Positions 13,291-27,595 of a stretch of 64,000 bases of DNA are shown here, one piece after another. This DNA comes from Eukaryota sp. GEM-RC1 (lineage: Eukaryota). Position 1 is the stretch's first letter, and each line of letters begins with the position of its first letter. The notes below the pieces were generated by a model that made no database searches, was not told the origin of the DNA, and was given only the letters and a program-made list of their open reading frames with translations. The DNA is taken from NCBI GenBank assembly GCA_040285855.1, contig JAUFOQ010000004.1, forward strand, positions 992,001 to 1,056,000. The letters are read 5' to 3'. Both the position numbers and the translations under genes were made by a program.

Positions 13291-14274
13291 AGTAGGGCTA
13301 TAAAAAATAATATAAATATAAATAAATTATTGCACTCTGAACAAAGTTAAATGTATAATTGCCGTATTTTAGTACACTAGAACAAATAATTACATTGATT
13401 TTAATGATTTTTATTGTTTCACACGTCGTGACCTGTAGGTATATAAGTAGTTAAACAGTGTTAAGTTTGTAATGAACATAACACATTTTCTTTCAAGCCA
13501 AATTCAGTAATAATTTCTTCCACATCATCGGCAATGTTGTTTATAATATGAAAATACTTTAATTAACCTAACACTAGCCCTTACCTAATACTAGCCACAA
13601 AATGATAGGCTAGTAAGGTTTTTTCTGGGTCCAGTATTAGGATAATTAGAGTAAATAAAATAGAACAAAACACATACAGTACAAATGGAAAACACCTAGA
13701 CTCAATACTCTAGAAAGATTATGATTGTTTTTGTCTAGCTAGCTTGTTTCTGTTGTAAAATTGAAGTTAGAGTTGTGTCTGCAAATGGGAGATGGGAGTT
13801 TTTGGGAGTTCCCAACTCCCAAAAAAGAGCTCCCACTCCCACTCCCAAGAGTTGCTACTAAGGCCTCTCCCACTCCCAGGGGCCGTGGGAGATGGGAGTA
13901 GGATGAGAGGTAGGAGAAATTGAAAGTCCTTATTCTACTACTTGAACTATTCTTTTGTACGTTTTTGAAAGACTTGAATCGGTACTCAACAAAGTCAGCC
14001 TCCAACAAAAATCAAGACTTAGTCTTGGTTTGGTGTGAAGGCTTATGTTGAAAACGTAATATTTTACTGGATGGAATGAAGTCGCTTGGATTTAGTATTA
14101 TTTATTTGTTTTTACAATTTCATGTTTGTTTAGAAAGGTACCAACTCAACAAATGATTGTACTGAAAAAAGATGATTAAATTCACGTTACATGGGCGATA
14201 AAAAATGATAGAATCAAGAGTTACAAAACGTCATCGTCGCTAAAAAGCGAAACGATGACGATCCTCCTCATCAT

Positions 14275-15486
14275 CTACAACAACCGATCCCACAGATGTC
14301 CAGACACGGATGAAACCTTGATGATGGCACCTTCAAATTGAGTGTCATCAAAGTAAAAGGCATCATTGTAATTATCCTTGGAGTTGAATGCTACACGCCA
14401 AGAGTTATTAAATCCATCATGAACAATATAATCAGCTTCAAAGAACTCTTTAAGAGAACTTTCAGATGTATTAGAAGGAATTCCAGTGATTGCTACAACA
14501 TATGGAAAATCAGAAGGTGTAGAGATATTTGACTGATCCTCAAGAGGAGGTTTCTTTTCACGAATTGGAGTAACGCAATCAACTCCCACGTCATCAGCAA
14601 CTGATTCAGTAATAGAGCTCACTGACGTGGAATCAACAGAAAGAGCAGTCAGTCGATCAGAAGTTGTTGAGTAGAGTGACAAGAGGTCTTCATGTAAGGA
14701 AGTAAGAACAGAGGTTTGTTGTTTGATAGAGTTAGTAATACAAGAAACCAACGCATCTGTAATTGTTGGTTTAAAAACAACAGGTTTTCCTAGTTTTAAA
14801 TTATTCATAATGGTCGCTGAATCTAACATGGTAGAATCCAATAGACATGTTAGATTCTCCTTCATTTGAGTACATCCTTCAACAACTTTTTCCACAGTTG
14901 ACTGGGTGGATTGAGAAACCTTGTCTATTGCAACTGCTAACTCCTGATTGATAGAGTTGATGTTTTGTTCAATGGAGGCTCTGCCTTGATCAAACGGTAA
15001 TAACTTCTTCTTGTGTTGGTCGTGGTCACCTAGAAAAGCACAAGTAGAGCAGAGAGCAACAGAACAAGAGGTACAGAAGAGATCAAAGGACTTCATTGGA
15101 TGGGAGGGACATTTAGGAACTAAAGAAGCGTGTTTCTTTTCCAAGGGGATAGCTACATGGGATCGGAAGACTTTCAAGGAATGAACGGTCTTGAAGCATT
15201 TATCACACAAGTCAATGTTACATTCAGCACAAAAGCTTGTTGCAGTTGCCTCTTCACATTCACTACAGACAGATTGGTGTTGACCAGCTAGAAAGGCTTC
15301 CACAGCTTCCTTGAGCTTGTAGTTGGTGCATAACCGGGACTTATCAACTTCAGCTCTGCAGACAGGACAGTCTTTGTGAGATTTAAGCCACTCCAAAAGA
15401 TGAGACATACAAAAGGTGTGACCACACCAGGTTGTTACGGGATTTTGAAGAAGTTCTAGGCAAATATCACAGAGGTAGTGGGACAT
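14275..15486 (-). CDS. TRIM-like RING/B-box/B-box/coiled-coil protein with RRM-like C-terminus
   Basis: CDIC..CGHTFC..CPVC RING, B-box1 (CSEC..CAEC..CDKC..H..H), B-box2 (CPSH..CTSC..CSTC..H..H), coiled coil, C-terminal VAITGIP..LKEFF..VAF. Confidence 0.85.
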   Translation of the reverse strand: MSHYLCDICLELLQNPVTTWCGHTFCMSHLLEWLKSHKDCPVCRAEVDKSRLCTNYKLKEAVEAFLAGQHQSVCSECEEATATSFCAECNIDLCDKCFKTVHSLKVFRSHVAIPLEKKHASLVPKCPSHPMKSFDLFCTSCSVALCSTCAFLGDHDQHKKKLLPFDQGRASIEQNINSINQELAVAIDKVSQSTQSTVEKVVEGCTQMKENLTCLLDSTMLDSATIMNNLKLGKPVVFKPTITDALVSCITNSIKQQTSVLTSLHEDLLSLYSTTSDRLTALSVDSTSVSSITESVADDVGVDCVTPIREKKPPLEDQSNISTPSDFPYVVAITGIPSNTSESSLKEFFEADYIVHDGFNNSWRVAFNSKDNYNDAFYFDDTQFEGAIIKVSSVSGHLWDRLL

Positions 15487-15505
15487 GTTGAAGGTAATGC
15501 GGAAT

Positions 15506-16078
15506 CAGAGTGAGCAAACACGTGGTGTTAAGGATTTTGGTAGCGTGTCAACACGTACTAACACGTGTTGACACGTGTTGACACGCCAAACACATACTGA
15601 CTTCATTATGGAAGATAAACCTAGTCCCAGGGCTCAATAAAACGTGTGTGGTGGTATCGAAATACAGTACAGAGTGTTTGGATCATGAAATAGGTCTGTC
15701 TCCTCATAAGAAAGTAATTCTTTTTGATTTTTGCTGTTGTCAAAGACACGTGTTGACAAGCGTGTTAACAACAATTCCCACTTTTCATTCCCAATTTTCT
15801 ATTCTTCTTGTAATAAAGTTAGCTTAGTCAAGCATCATTGCTATATTTCTGAATATTCGAACCTTTATAAAGGCAGAAAGTACCAACAACTTTTTCGAAA
15901 CATACTGGACTGTGATTGAGACGAGTACTTTACTCTCAGGTCAATAAAAATACCAAAATAACACCAAAACTTTACGTGTTGAAATACTCCATTTCGGTGT
16001 TAAGGATTTTGGCAGCGTGTCAACACGTACTGACACGTGTTGACACGTGTTAATGTAAACACGTGTTTGCTCACTCTG
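15506..16078. mobile_element. hAT-type MITE
   Basis: TIR CAGAGTGAGCAAACACGTG / CACGTGTTTGCTCACTCTG; perfect TSD TGCGGAAT; ACACGTG subterminal repeats. Confidence 0.92.
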
Positions 16079-16205
16079 TGCGGAATTCCAGTTCTACAAA
16101 CAGAACCCAAACGACAATGAAATTCTTGACACGACTCGGCACTGGCTCAACTTCAATTGTGAGACTTAATATTCTAAATCTGATTGATTTGCTACTGTAA
16201 TACTA

Positions 16206-16908
16206 CACAACTTACAGTAATTAGTGTATGTTCACCAATTAGTGTTACAACACCAATTAGTGTAAGTGCGTTAATTATAGTGTAAGTGACACTAATTGTT
16301 GCAAAACTTACTGAAAATAGTTTTGGCAACAATTAGTGTCACATTCGAAAAAACTGTAAAATATAAAATCTACATAAAAAGTGTTGTTTATAGAATATCT
16401 AGACTTGAACCCATACAGTACATCTTCATTTCATTCATCAAATAGACATTGATCTATTTTCGCCTTAGAGCGTCTTTTGCTCGTCAAGGACAGGAGCAGC
16501 AACAAGAAGTCATCATTGACATTCCAGAAGATGATGAACGTCCCGAAGTTCAAGATGATTCGGTGTAGACTATCTCAAGATGTCAGTGGATAGTCCACCA
16601 TGGAGTTTGGCATGATGGGCAGCTATTTGAACAATTACGTAAATTTGTCGAAAATCATCGAGAGATCTTTGGTCGAGCTGTCGCACATTCGCTTCTATTT
16701 CATATTAATGTTCATTAGTGTGAAGCCTATTTGAATTTACGTATTGTCTAAATATTCCAACTTACACTATTTAACGTCGCATTTACTTACACTAATTTAT
16801 GTTGGCATATATTAGTGTAAGTCTTGAATTAGTGTAAGTGACACTAATTTATGCCAATACTTTTCCAAATATGTTCGCAAGAACATACACTAATTACTGT
16901 AAGTTGTG
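16206..16908. mobile_element. TA-flanked MITE (Tc1/mariner-like)
   Basis: TIR CACAACTTACAGTAATTAGTGTATGTTC / GAACATACACTAATTACTGTAAGTTGTG with TA on both sides. Confidence 0.8.
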
Positions 16909-17578
16909 TAGAAGTTGTAACATTACTACTCAAAGTCAAAACAATTATCCACTTCAAGAAACTTCTTTTAAAACATGATCAGATATTGTAACTGATTTTT
17001 TTTGCAAACATCGTTTGTTTTAAAAATACGAATAAACAAGGATCTGGAATTGCTTGATTTTTTGGATCTAGACTGCCATTGAAAACTTGTATTTATTATA
17101 GTCGACTCATAAGCCCAACTGGTTGAGTTTGACTCGACTCAAATTAGAACCCCATGAGATCCTCTGTTCCCACTCCTTTTTTTATTGCTTCAACATAGCT
17201 ATTCTTCCACTATTGAATAAAGAAGTGATGGATAGTTGAGTATGCATTATCTATTACGAAATAAAGATACTAAATTGTTGTAGATGTCACGGTCAAGACA
17301 GGATCATATTATATGTGTGAGCTTGTGTTTCTCAGGTTAGAAAGAGATCGATTGTCCAAAACACTATATAGCAAAGTAACACACCACTGAAACACTGCAT
17401 TAAAGTGTTCGTGTATTAGTAAGCCAATGAAATATTATTTATTTAATTGACAACAACACTACAGTGTACATACAATATATCTAATAATCAACTTATCATT
17501 TATAATAAATAATAAATGAAATCAGTGATTAAATTAAATGAGTTCAGAAAATATGATTTATTAACATGTTAAAATCAA

Positions 17579-18790
17579 GGAAAAATGTCAAAAACACTCA
17601 TGTCCCAAATCTATATTTCATAACCACTCAAATGAAATTTGATATTACAAAAAACACTCATGAACCTTTTCTGATATACATACTTCACAAACAATGACTT
17701 TACTTATCTCCCTTCATGATTCACTCCGTCAATCTCCAACATACTTGCTCGGGCTTGAGAATCAATCACGAGTCCCTCACAGCATCAAAGATTGTTGCAA
17801 TTACCCCAGTTGTAACAGCAATTCAGCATGATCTACAAACTACAGCAGCCACCATTAGGACAGTTGTTGCATCAAATGGAGCTACGGTTAACTATCAGAA
17901 TGCTTACCGAGCTCAGAAGAAGATTAAAAAGGACTTGTATGGAAGCTTTGAAGAAGCTCATGATGAAATTCAAGCTTACGTTCGGGAACTGCGTGCGTGC
18001 TACAATGATCCTATCATTGATCTAGATGTTACAGATGGCAGATAAGATGGCAGATAAGATGGCGTAAAACTATGATAAAAATGGGGGAAAGACTAGAAAA
18101 GGCAAAGAAAATGCCCTGTATTGTAAAAACAAGTGGCAGATGATGTAAGATCTTTATTAGGTAATGCAACAGCATTTACCATTGTTCCTGCTCAGAACCA
18201 ACAGTTTGAGGTTCAGGGAGCAGATTCTGCTATTGTTGATGAGATGACGAAGAGCTGTTCATGTGGAAAGTGGCAAGAAGACAAAGTCCCGTGTGTACAT
18301 GCTGTTGCTGTTGCTGTGTTCATGAGAAAACCTCTAGAAGAGTTGATTGGTGAGGAATATCATCAATCAACTCTGTTAAAATGCTATGGTACTTTGTTAC
18401 CTGCTATTAGAGCCAGAAACAGCTGGATGGCTACTGAAGATGAAGTTCAAGAGCAAGTCGCGCCTCCAGTAGAAAAACGAGGAAGAGGGAAGGCCACGTA
18501 CAAGAAGACTTACCAGCATTGGTGAACCAGAGATGAACAAAGGACGAGGAAAGTACGGATGCAGTATCTGCAAGAAGAAGGGACATACAATGAAGACATG
18601 TCCCAACAAGTAGTAGATGGCATATCGATAGATAGATGAGATAATAGTAATCAAAATATAGTAAAACAATGACTTGGTTCTATTGATATCAATATTATAG
18701 TGGTCTAATGAGTGTTTTTTGTAATATCAAATTCCATTTGAGTGGTTATGAAATATAGATTTGGGACATGAGTGTTTTTGAATTTTACCC
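17579..18790 (+). mobile_element. Mutator (MULE) deletion derivative
   Basis: About 80-bp TIRs, 9-bp TSD TAAAATCAA; SWIM finger CSCGKWQEDKVPCVH and knuckle CSICKKKGHTMKTC; DDE core absent. Confidence 0.92.
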
Positions 18791-18809
18791 TAAAATCAAA
18801 TCTATTCTA

Positions 18810-21800
18810 TTACTCCATGGATAACCGTTTTGGTCTTCGCATAAGATATAAAACATCATGCAAATGATTTCCAATGTAAACGTCATCATGATGAAGTGTT
18901 TCAAGACGACTCTTAAGTAAATTCAAGGGATTATTAGTCACACTTCCCAAAACTCCATCAACTGACCCCCATCCATCGTCATCAATCCACCCACGTTCTC
19001 TTGCTGCTTCCTGCTCCAAAGTTCTAGGTCTAGGGAAAAGCCCAAAAAAGGAGCAGAAAGATTCACCAGCAAGAGTAGAGCTGAAATACCACGAACCCAG
19101 ATACCAGTTAAAAACTGGGCAATCAGAGAAGAGATCATTAGGTCCACAGAAAGGAAAGATTACTTGGGTCTGTGATACAACTCTAGAAACAACAGAACAC
19201 AATCCAAATGAATCAAATGCCTTTTGGACATCAAGTTTACTACTGGTAAGCATTGAGTTAGCCTCAAAAGGAGATACAAAGACAACTCCACTTGGCTGGA
19301 CAACAACCCAAGATGGTCTTCTTGAATAATCACGAGGACAATTCTTTTTGATATAGGCAAACTCTTTAGTACAAAAGATTGGAATGCCGTTAGTATAAGA
19401 GAATGGTATAAATTCATTAGAATCAAACTCTCTGTTAATCAAAGCCTCTACAGAGGAAGTAAAGAGAGGTTTGTGGGGTTTAGCAGGGTCAGGTCTTTGG
19501 ACAGAGGATTCTTCCTGTAGTTCTTCTTCTAATTCTTTCTCTTGTTCCTCTTCAATGTTACTATTGACGAGGACTTTATACTTGGAGAGAGTTCTCGTCA
19601 TGAAAGAGTGAACGTCAGCATTTGAGCTGATTGTTGACTTCTCAAGAAGTTTTGAAGGAGGAAAAGGAAGGATTTCAGCGTGGTAGAGCTCAGATAAGGT
19701 CTGAGCATCCGCTTCAGGAAGGTCATTAAACCACGTGATACCTTCCCTGGTCCATGTTTTGAGTGAGCGTTCGACATAACTACGAGAGTTCTCCAAACAC
19801 CAATCCAAAATATTTAAAAATTCTACTGATGGGGGTTGTAAATACGTGATACAATGCTTCTCAGGAGACTTCATCAGCAACTTCCTCATCCTCATAGATC
19901 CTTGGGCTATCTTGTCCCTTGTAAAGGGTCAAGGCTGCCCTTATCCTAGGAGGAAACTTGAGGTCAACACCTCTGCAGTGGAAATCATCAAGGTAAACGA
20001 GGCATTTGTCCATTTGTTCAACATATATTGAATCATGGAAGTTGAGACTAACGTCACCATTAGAAGCCATGAGTTTATCATTGTCGAAGTAAAGAACTGC
20101 AGAGATATTAGAATTAGGGTGATGTTGTTTGTAGTTTGAAAGCCATTCAGAAGCAAACTCTTTGTTTTGAAGCATACATACAGCCCCAACGTCTAAAAAG
20201 AACTGTAAACGAAGGGTTCTCAATCAAAACTTTGAGCAAATCCCCATCATATTTTAAAATTTGTTGTTCTAAAATAGCCACATTCATGTTCTTGTTGGTA
20301 TCTTCTACAAATTGTAAAATCCTGCTGAGTAGTTGGAAAAGGCAGCAACCGCTGAGAGCCATTTGTCCCACTGAATCCAACAACAGGCTTTAAACCTCCA
20401 GGATTAGCTAAGTCCCAAGGGGAAGTACTTCTCTTGGTGGGAAACTGTTTAGTGTAGGTAGGGAAGCATTTTAAATTTAAGTAGAAATCAATAACTCGTG
20501 GGTCATTGCCTAATTGAAGATATAATCGTTGGATAGACTCGTCATCCTCAAACACAAGATTATCGAATTCAAATTGTCCATAAGTCCAAATAGAAAGCAA
20601 GTGCTCGTGATTAGGATGGAGGGAGTTTAGAACAGTAAAAAACTCGTGAGAGTCGAGACCAGTCTGATGCCACGTAAGCAAGGTCAAAAGATGGCGAGAT
20701 CCACGTCAGAAAACTCTGAAGCTAAAGCAGGTACGTCCTTTGCTCTAAAAGGAACTGCTAAAAGAGACTTCCTCTTGACATCTCTGCCGTAATTGACTCT
20801 GTACCGAAGCTTTAAAGCTCTTTCAAGTACAGAATAATAGAAATAACCACGAAGAATCAAGGCAACACTGCAAACTCTATTATTGAAGAGAGAATTATCA
20901 TGAGTAATTCCCAAAGCGTAGTCTATAATTAAAGACTTGAGACTGGGCTTAAGATCTAAACTATCTTGGTCTTCTAGTGAGGTACTACCATCAAGAATGT
21001 AGGTCAAAATATGACGTTTTCGCTGAGAAAAGTCCAGCTCATGTTCAAAAGGAAACTCAAAGAAATGTTTCATTGATTGTAATATAGCTTCCCCAATAAC
21101 CCATCTAAGTCTACCCCCGTCTAGTACCTTGGGTTGGCCATAGGGATAAATAAGTTGACTTCTTGGGTCAAGAATCTCATCAGACTCATCAAGAATATCA
21201 TTAACGTTTTCAAGAGAAACTGAAGCAAGATCATCAGAGTTTTTGGTTTTTAACGTGAATGATTGTCGGTATTCTGCGGTAGTAATCAACAAATCAGAAT
21301 TGAAAATGATTGATTGGTAGTGATCAGCATCATCATAGATAGATCGTTTACAGACAAATCGACCCAATCGAAGTCCAAGACATGAGAACAAGGTTTGATA
21401 CTTATTTAGACAAGTTTTATACAACGGTTTCAGAATGTTAATTCGTGGTACAACACCACTTGAGTCAGATAATGTTCCAAGGCAAATTAAAGGAATGATA
21501 ACGCTAGTTTTACCTTCACCCATGAACAATTGAGTTTGAATACTGGTTTTGGAATGAAGTAGATGGTTTGCAATCTTGAATTGTTGAGTTCTAATAGTAA
21601 AACCGAGAATTCTAGCTAACGAAGTGGCTAATTGATCATAACAACTGGACGGTTTTAACTTGAGCAAGGACCATGTATGTAGAACCAGTAAGTTCCATGG
21701 ATGACGTGTTCTGATGGTAGTTGAAGGGAAAACAGAAGGAGAAGAAGATGAAGACGAAGTTAAATGTGTAAAATTAACAGAAAAACTCGGTCGTCCTAAT

Positions 21801-24800
21801 GTTGATTTAATTTGATTGAGACTTCTTTTAACTGTTTGATAGATCTCCATGATGTGATCTTCAGTGCTTCTATAACGGTGGTTATAAGGAACGTCACAAC
21901 TGTAACTATAGCTATTTCTACCATACAAGTACTCAAACCTGTCACTCAATATACCATCAGGAATATAAGGAAGAGAATGATTCTGAGAAGGGTTCCAACC
22001 AGAAGGAGGTGAAGTCTTGGAGGATATAACCAAGTAGTACAGAATGTTGGCTAATGAAGGCGACGTAGGTCTACCTTTAAGTTGATCAGTTAGAAGTTGA
22101 AGGTACAATGCATACTTGAGAATGGAAAGTTTGTCATCGTCCATTTCGAACAATAAGTCACAGAAATTTAAAAATGCTGAAGAATAAAACATTGTGGTAT
22201 TCCAATTAAAAGAGTCAATTACTGACTCTATAGCAGACTGACGTTCTGGAGAAAGTAAATGAATACCACGAAATGTAGAATAACACTGCATATCTGGAAA
22301 CTTCATGGCAAAAGTACGTGATTTCTCAGTAAAAGAGACACGTGTCACTATCGTGGGTTGACCAATATCCTTCAGAATACGATCACCTAGTTCAGGTAGA
22401 AGATGCATTGAGGTCAGGAAAGCTTTGTAATGGAGAAATGAGGACTGATTGTCGTCAAGAGATGTACCATTAACCTTGTACATTGAACTTACCACCAACC
22501 AGTAAATGTCAGAAGAAGTTACTGAAGTTAGACCTGCTGGCCATTGAATTTGTTCCATAATTTGTTTTTCAGGAGGATAATAAGTCCTTGAAGGAGACAG
22601 ACCCGCAATATTTTGGAGTACACCCAAGGTTTTACTTGAAAAGACTGGGTGGGAAAAGAATGAGAAATTAACAAATAAAATGCCACTTGAAATCCTTTTA
22701 AGCTTATATTAAACATTCCATACAAAAGAGTAAGGTACAGCCAGGCCAATTGATCACTATTTGAAGTGAACATATTTAAATCATTGGACCAAGAGTACCT
22801 GTAATAAGGCAAAGACTGACTTGTAGGTATTGTAATAGTTCTATTTTGGACTTCTCCAAAGGGCACGAGCATTTGGAAAGTAGTGGCAGTGGAAAGGAAT
22901 AATGATTGAGGAATGTATAAATCATTGCAGGGAGACGTAGCTTCTACAACCATATTGAGCGTTCTACAGACAAGTTGATTTTGGTCGATTACGAAGTCCA
23001 AGTTATAACGGTAGAGATTGATAAGCTTTACTTCAAGGTCATTACCACACGTGATTATGATCTGATTACTACTCTCAATAAAAAAGAACTGCACAAGACA
23101 CTGTAATAAAGGACAACTTGTTGGTAAAACGATGTCATTCTCCACAGTCCTCACAACTCCTTCACTAGTCCAAATGAACTCAGTAGAATCAGGATCCAAC
23201 ACAGTCCTTCTAATTTCCAAGAGGTTTTCTCTGGATAACCAGTGGTACATTGAGGAAAGAAGAGAAGGTAAGTGATTGAGCTTGTTGGAGCAAATGTAAC
23301 ACCATTTGCGATTGGTTGTAGGACATTTTTGAAAGACTTTGACATTGGTGGTGGTTTTTGTTGGCGTATTAGATCGGCTATAACGTGATGGCGAAGGAGC
23401 TGCTTGAATAGATTTTTGAACATGAAACTCATAAATAAATCCGTTCAAAGACTCAACAGTTCTATAACCATAAGGAGTAGCAATAATTGACGGATTGTAG
23501 TCTGAGCCAAACAAAATTTCAAATACTGACCAGTTTCTAATCGAAAGAGGAAGGTGAGTTGCCGTCTTCCTATTGATTAAAAACTCACCAGATCGACGAT
23601 TGAACTCAACTCTATAATTCACGTCATCAATCATGATATCAGTATAATACCACGAGTCAGACCGGTTCCATCCAACCCCAGAACAATCAAACTTGGCAGC
23701 TTCGAAAACAAATTCATCAAGTACTTCTTTAGAAAACTCAAATGAAGAAAGAGCCTTCATAGCCCTATAAACAGCTGCAGTCTCTTTAACTGAAACATTC
23801 TCCAAGGAGTAGTGGTAAATACTATGAAGGAGGGAGGTGGTAACGATGGGTTCCTTGTACCATCGCTTGTGAGCACGGATGTGCAAGACTGAGATGGAGA
23901 AGAGGAAGTCTGAAGAACAACAGGACTTCCAGTCGTGGAGAATCTCTCTAATGACGTCATAGGTTTGATTGATGACGGGAGAATCGTGTAATTCAGAGAG
24001 TTTGTCCAAGACAATCAAACATGATTCTAAGTTTCGATAATGATCCCATTTATCACGATAGGTGTTAGCAAATGATTGAATAGCTTTACAAATCTTCTCC
24101 ACGTAAAAAAGTCCTTCGAAGTTCAGGAATTTGATCTGAATACATCTCCCAACAAACACATTCCAATAACCTGATTGTACTTGGAGAAGAGAATTCTAAC
24201 TCAGCTGTTATAAACAAAGATAACAGATTACCAAGAGAAATACGAAGTCCAGTGCGGAGACTTCCAAAGGCTTCAAACTTTTTCAGGGAAAGTTCATGTG
24301 GGCAATCACTGAAACTACTCAAAACTCTGTTCTGAGTGTGACCAAATCCCAATGCAAAGGTGAGAGATTTATAAGGAAACTCAAGGGAAGTTCTGATCTT
24401 TGAGGGTAGCCTAGCTTCACCAAACCCTTTACTAAACTCCACACCACTGCTGTGAAGTTCTACAGTCTTCCCACACTTAACAAAGAACAGATCCATTGGA
24501 CAGTCGATATGTTCATCACGAAGCCTGGTTCCACCTGTAGCGATTGCTGATGAAGCTAAGTAAATGTTAGAGGAATTTGAAGTAGAAGTACGAGGACATG
24601 ACCATTTACGAGTAGAACTTCCGCCTATCTGGATTTCATGAGCAGAACGTAAATTGAATACTGCGTCATATAGATTAGAGATTTGGGTAGGGATATTGAA
24701 GTCAAACATGAGACTGAAACGGAGGGTGGAACAAGTTGGTAATAAATTTTCAAATTTTGAATGTCGTCGATTTCTTATGGTAGATCCTAGTTTACACTTA

Positions 24801-26282
24801 TCGCACTTTACCTTATAACTTTTGTAGTTATTTCGCCACGTAGCTTCAGTGTAAAAACAAGAACAATTCATATTCCTAAATTCTTTCTCGTCGCTTTGTT
24901 GGACAGACTTGAAAAGTTCAACACTAGCTCTGTGTCGTCCTCGAGCTTGGTCTTCTTGTAAAAGTATTTGCTCAAGACGATCAACCAAGGCTTGAGTTGC
25001 CTTAGCCGTTACTACTTGAAAGGAATTAGGTGAAGTAGCATCGAATAAGCTAGTAACTTTACCCTCAGTGATAGTCAAATTGGTGAGAAACTCAAACAAG
25101 GACCAAAATTCTTCAGAATCCTTCTTTTCAACGAATTGAAGGTACTTTAAGGACTCTAAATGAGGAAATTCTATCCAATAAGAAGAAATCAAAGGAAACT
25201 GAGTAGCAGCAACTTCATAAACACCCCTAAAACTCCTTAACATTGACAGAACTATTTGACTATAATGGTAGGGATCACTGATAGCCTTGACATTGGAAAG
25301 ACACTGCTTCATTGTCAAAGCAGGATCTGGTGCACGGTCTCTTGGAATCTCAAACTCTAGAGAAGATCTAGAAATACCTTCAAAAACAGGTGGTATATTC
25401 CAGGAAACAACGGGGTTAGCCAATGGAAGTGTCAAAAGAGAAGGGAAATGACGTGGAGCAACGTCAACATTGAACCAATCCTCATTCACTTCCACGTTGA
25501 TCCCTTCTTTCTTTAAATGTCCATAAGCTTGGATTAAATCACTATTGGACAATGCTCGATCGTCAACAAAGTAATTCTCTAACAAATAGAGTTGGAAAGG
25601 AGGTAACCAGGAATTACTACCAAGAATGTAGTCAATGGCTTGAAAGAAGGCAATGAAAGCCCCAGGTCTTCTGTAGCAAAACTGATTGGGTGTGTAGATC
25701 ACGTGATCCCTGACACGTGTTGTTGATGACGTGTCAATTACTTTTCCCGGCAGATGTCCAATGAACATGTTGATGAAGAACTCAACATTGGGGGCTTCCC
25801 GGGTTTCAGATTGGTAAGAACCACCTTTACGTGTCACTTGAGACACAGCATCTACTGAGGAGTGTTTCATCTTGTGGACTACTTCCCACCACTTTTTCAA
25901 AACCATCTCGATCCACGTGAGATACGTGGAAGGGAGATGGAATTTCAGTGGTATGGGAAGCTGTAACGTCCCTGTTAGGAAGGGACGCAAAGAAGAAGGA
26001 AAGTTGGTATTGGGAAGAGGGTAGAGCAGTGAGGTGAAAAACAACGTTGTAATGAGGTAGATGAACCACGACATGTTGGTGATCATCAAGTGCATCAAAT
26101 AGATCGACCTCAGCGATTGTGTCATCAAGTATCATAAAGAGACATTTCTTCTCAATTAATGGGTTGTATGAGTTGAGAATGGCAGCAATTTCAACTTCAC
26201 ACTCTAGTGCAAGACCCGGAGCGGTATTAGGGGGATCTGGTGGATCAGCGGGAAGAAAAACTCCCGCAAAGAGTTGCCGCAT
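18810..26282 (-). CDS. Giant (~2480 aa) DUF6606/DUF3638/DUF3645 P-loop protein, frameshifted
   Basis: GVFLPADPP N-terminus, QLFMGEGKTSVIIPL, DILDESDEIL, RYRVNYG...LAVPFRAKDVPALASEFSDVD, GFSGTN, LDVGA, YLDDFHCRGVDLK, MRMRKL, EEEQEKELEEE in colinear order; about 7 frame breaks. Confidence 0.8.
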
Positions 26283-26329
26283 CAAAAAAATTGCAAACAA
26301 AATTTACTTGTTGTCTTACAGTAACTACT

Positions 26330-27053
26330 AGTTTCGAGGAACTTGGTCCCTACTCTAATATTATTACAGGAATTACTGTTGGAGTCAAAAACAACAATGA
26401 CTTGAACTTCTTGAACAGTTCTTCACCTTTCTATTTTTCACGACTAACAGAATTAGATCTGTTTGTTGATAACTCATTGGTTTGTTCTGAATTGTCTGAC
26501 TTTTTCACAATAAATTCAACTGTAACTAAACTTAATCTCATTAGAAAGTCTGTTGGTAATGAAAATGTCTCAGCATTATCTGAAGCATTGAAGGCGAATT
26601 CAACAATTACTGATGTTAATCTGGAGATTGTACTTTATTGTCCAAATGACAAATTTATTACCATAGAAGGAGCCAATGCTTTGTCCGAAGTGCTAAAAGT
26701 AAATTCTTCAATTAGTAAACTTCGATTAGGGAAGACATTCTATTGGTAACGAAGGAGCTATAGTTCGAGCTAATGCTCTTAAACAAAATTCTTCTATCAC
26801 TTATATTGATCTTCATGATAACTCTATTTCAACAAGAGGTGCTATGGCGTTATTCGACATGTTAAAAGAAAATTGTACAGTTGCGCTGATTGAACTCGCA
26901 AGGAATTCTATTGACACTGATGCGTTATTGGCTTTGTTAGAAATCTTGAATGAGAATTCTACTGTTGATGTGGTTAACTTACGTGCAAACTGTCTACCTT
27001 CAGACTTCACACATTGTATTAACGAAATCTCAAATGGTAGAATTTGGTGTTAA
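26330..27053 (+). pseudogene. Ribonuclease-inhibitor/NLRC3-like LRR protein fragment
   Basis: 28-aa repeats (ALSEALKANSTIT, GANALSEVLKVNSSISKL); +1 shift in GGG near 26730; no clear start. Confidence 0.75.
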
Positions 27054-27595
27054 TTTGTATTTACAAAAGTATTACTGTTATTGTAGATGCTATGATTTAC
27101 TATATAATGTACTTCTTTATATCTTACGAAATCATTTGAAAAATAGTTGGCTCAATTTTAGTTCATCAAAACATCATGTATTGGAATCGTTTACATCAGC
27201 ATTATGGCAGAATTGATATACTAGTAAATTGATTGCTTCAAAATTTTATGAACATCTTGCTTCACATTATTATCTGGATGTACCAATTTATTTCTAAATA
27301 CCGTTTTGTTAAGTCCCATCAACACTCACCGCTCATTTGTAGACATAACTACAACTCTCAGTTGTAGTATTAATGGATACCGTAAACTCAATCAACAAAC
27401 TCTATTAGATCTATAAGATGTTGGGTATACCGAATTATGAACCTTACTTAGCCGAAATACGATTCAAAATTGATTTCTAGTTTTCTTTGTACAATTGGTG
27501 TAACATCATATAAAGGTTATTATTGATGTACATCATTTAATTTCAGTTTTTGAAGGTATTGAATTTTAAAGTTTGAAGAACATTAATCTTCAATC

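Noticed and set aside
13739..14008. ORF over GGGAG/CTCCC repeats
   Set aside because: Looks like a solitary transposon end; no partner TIR or TSD found.
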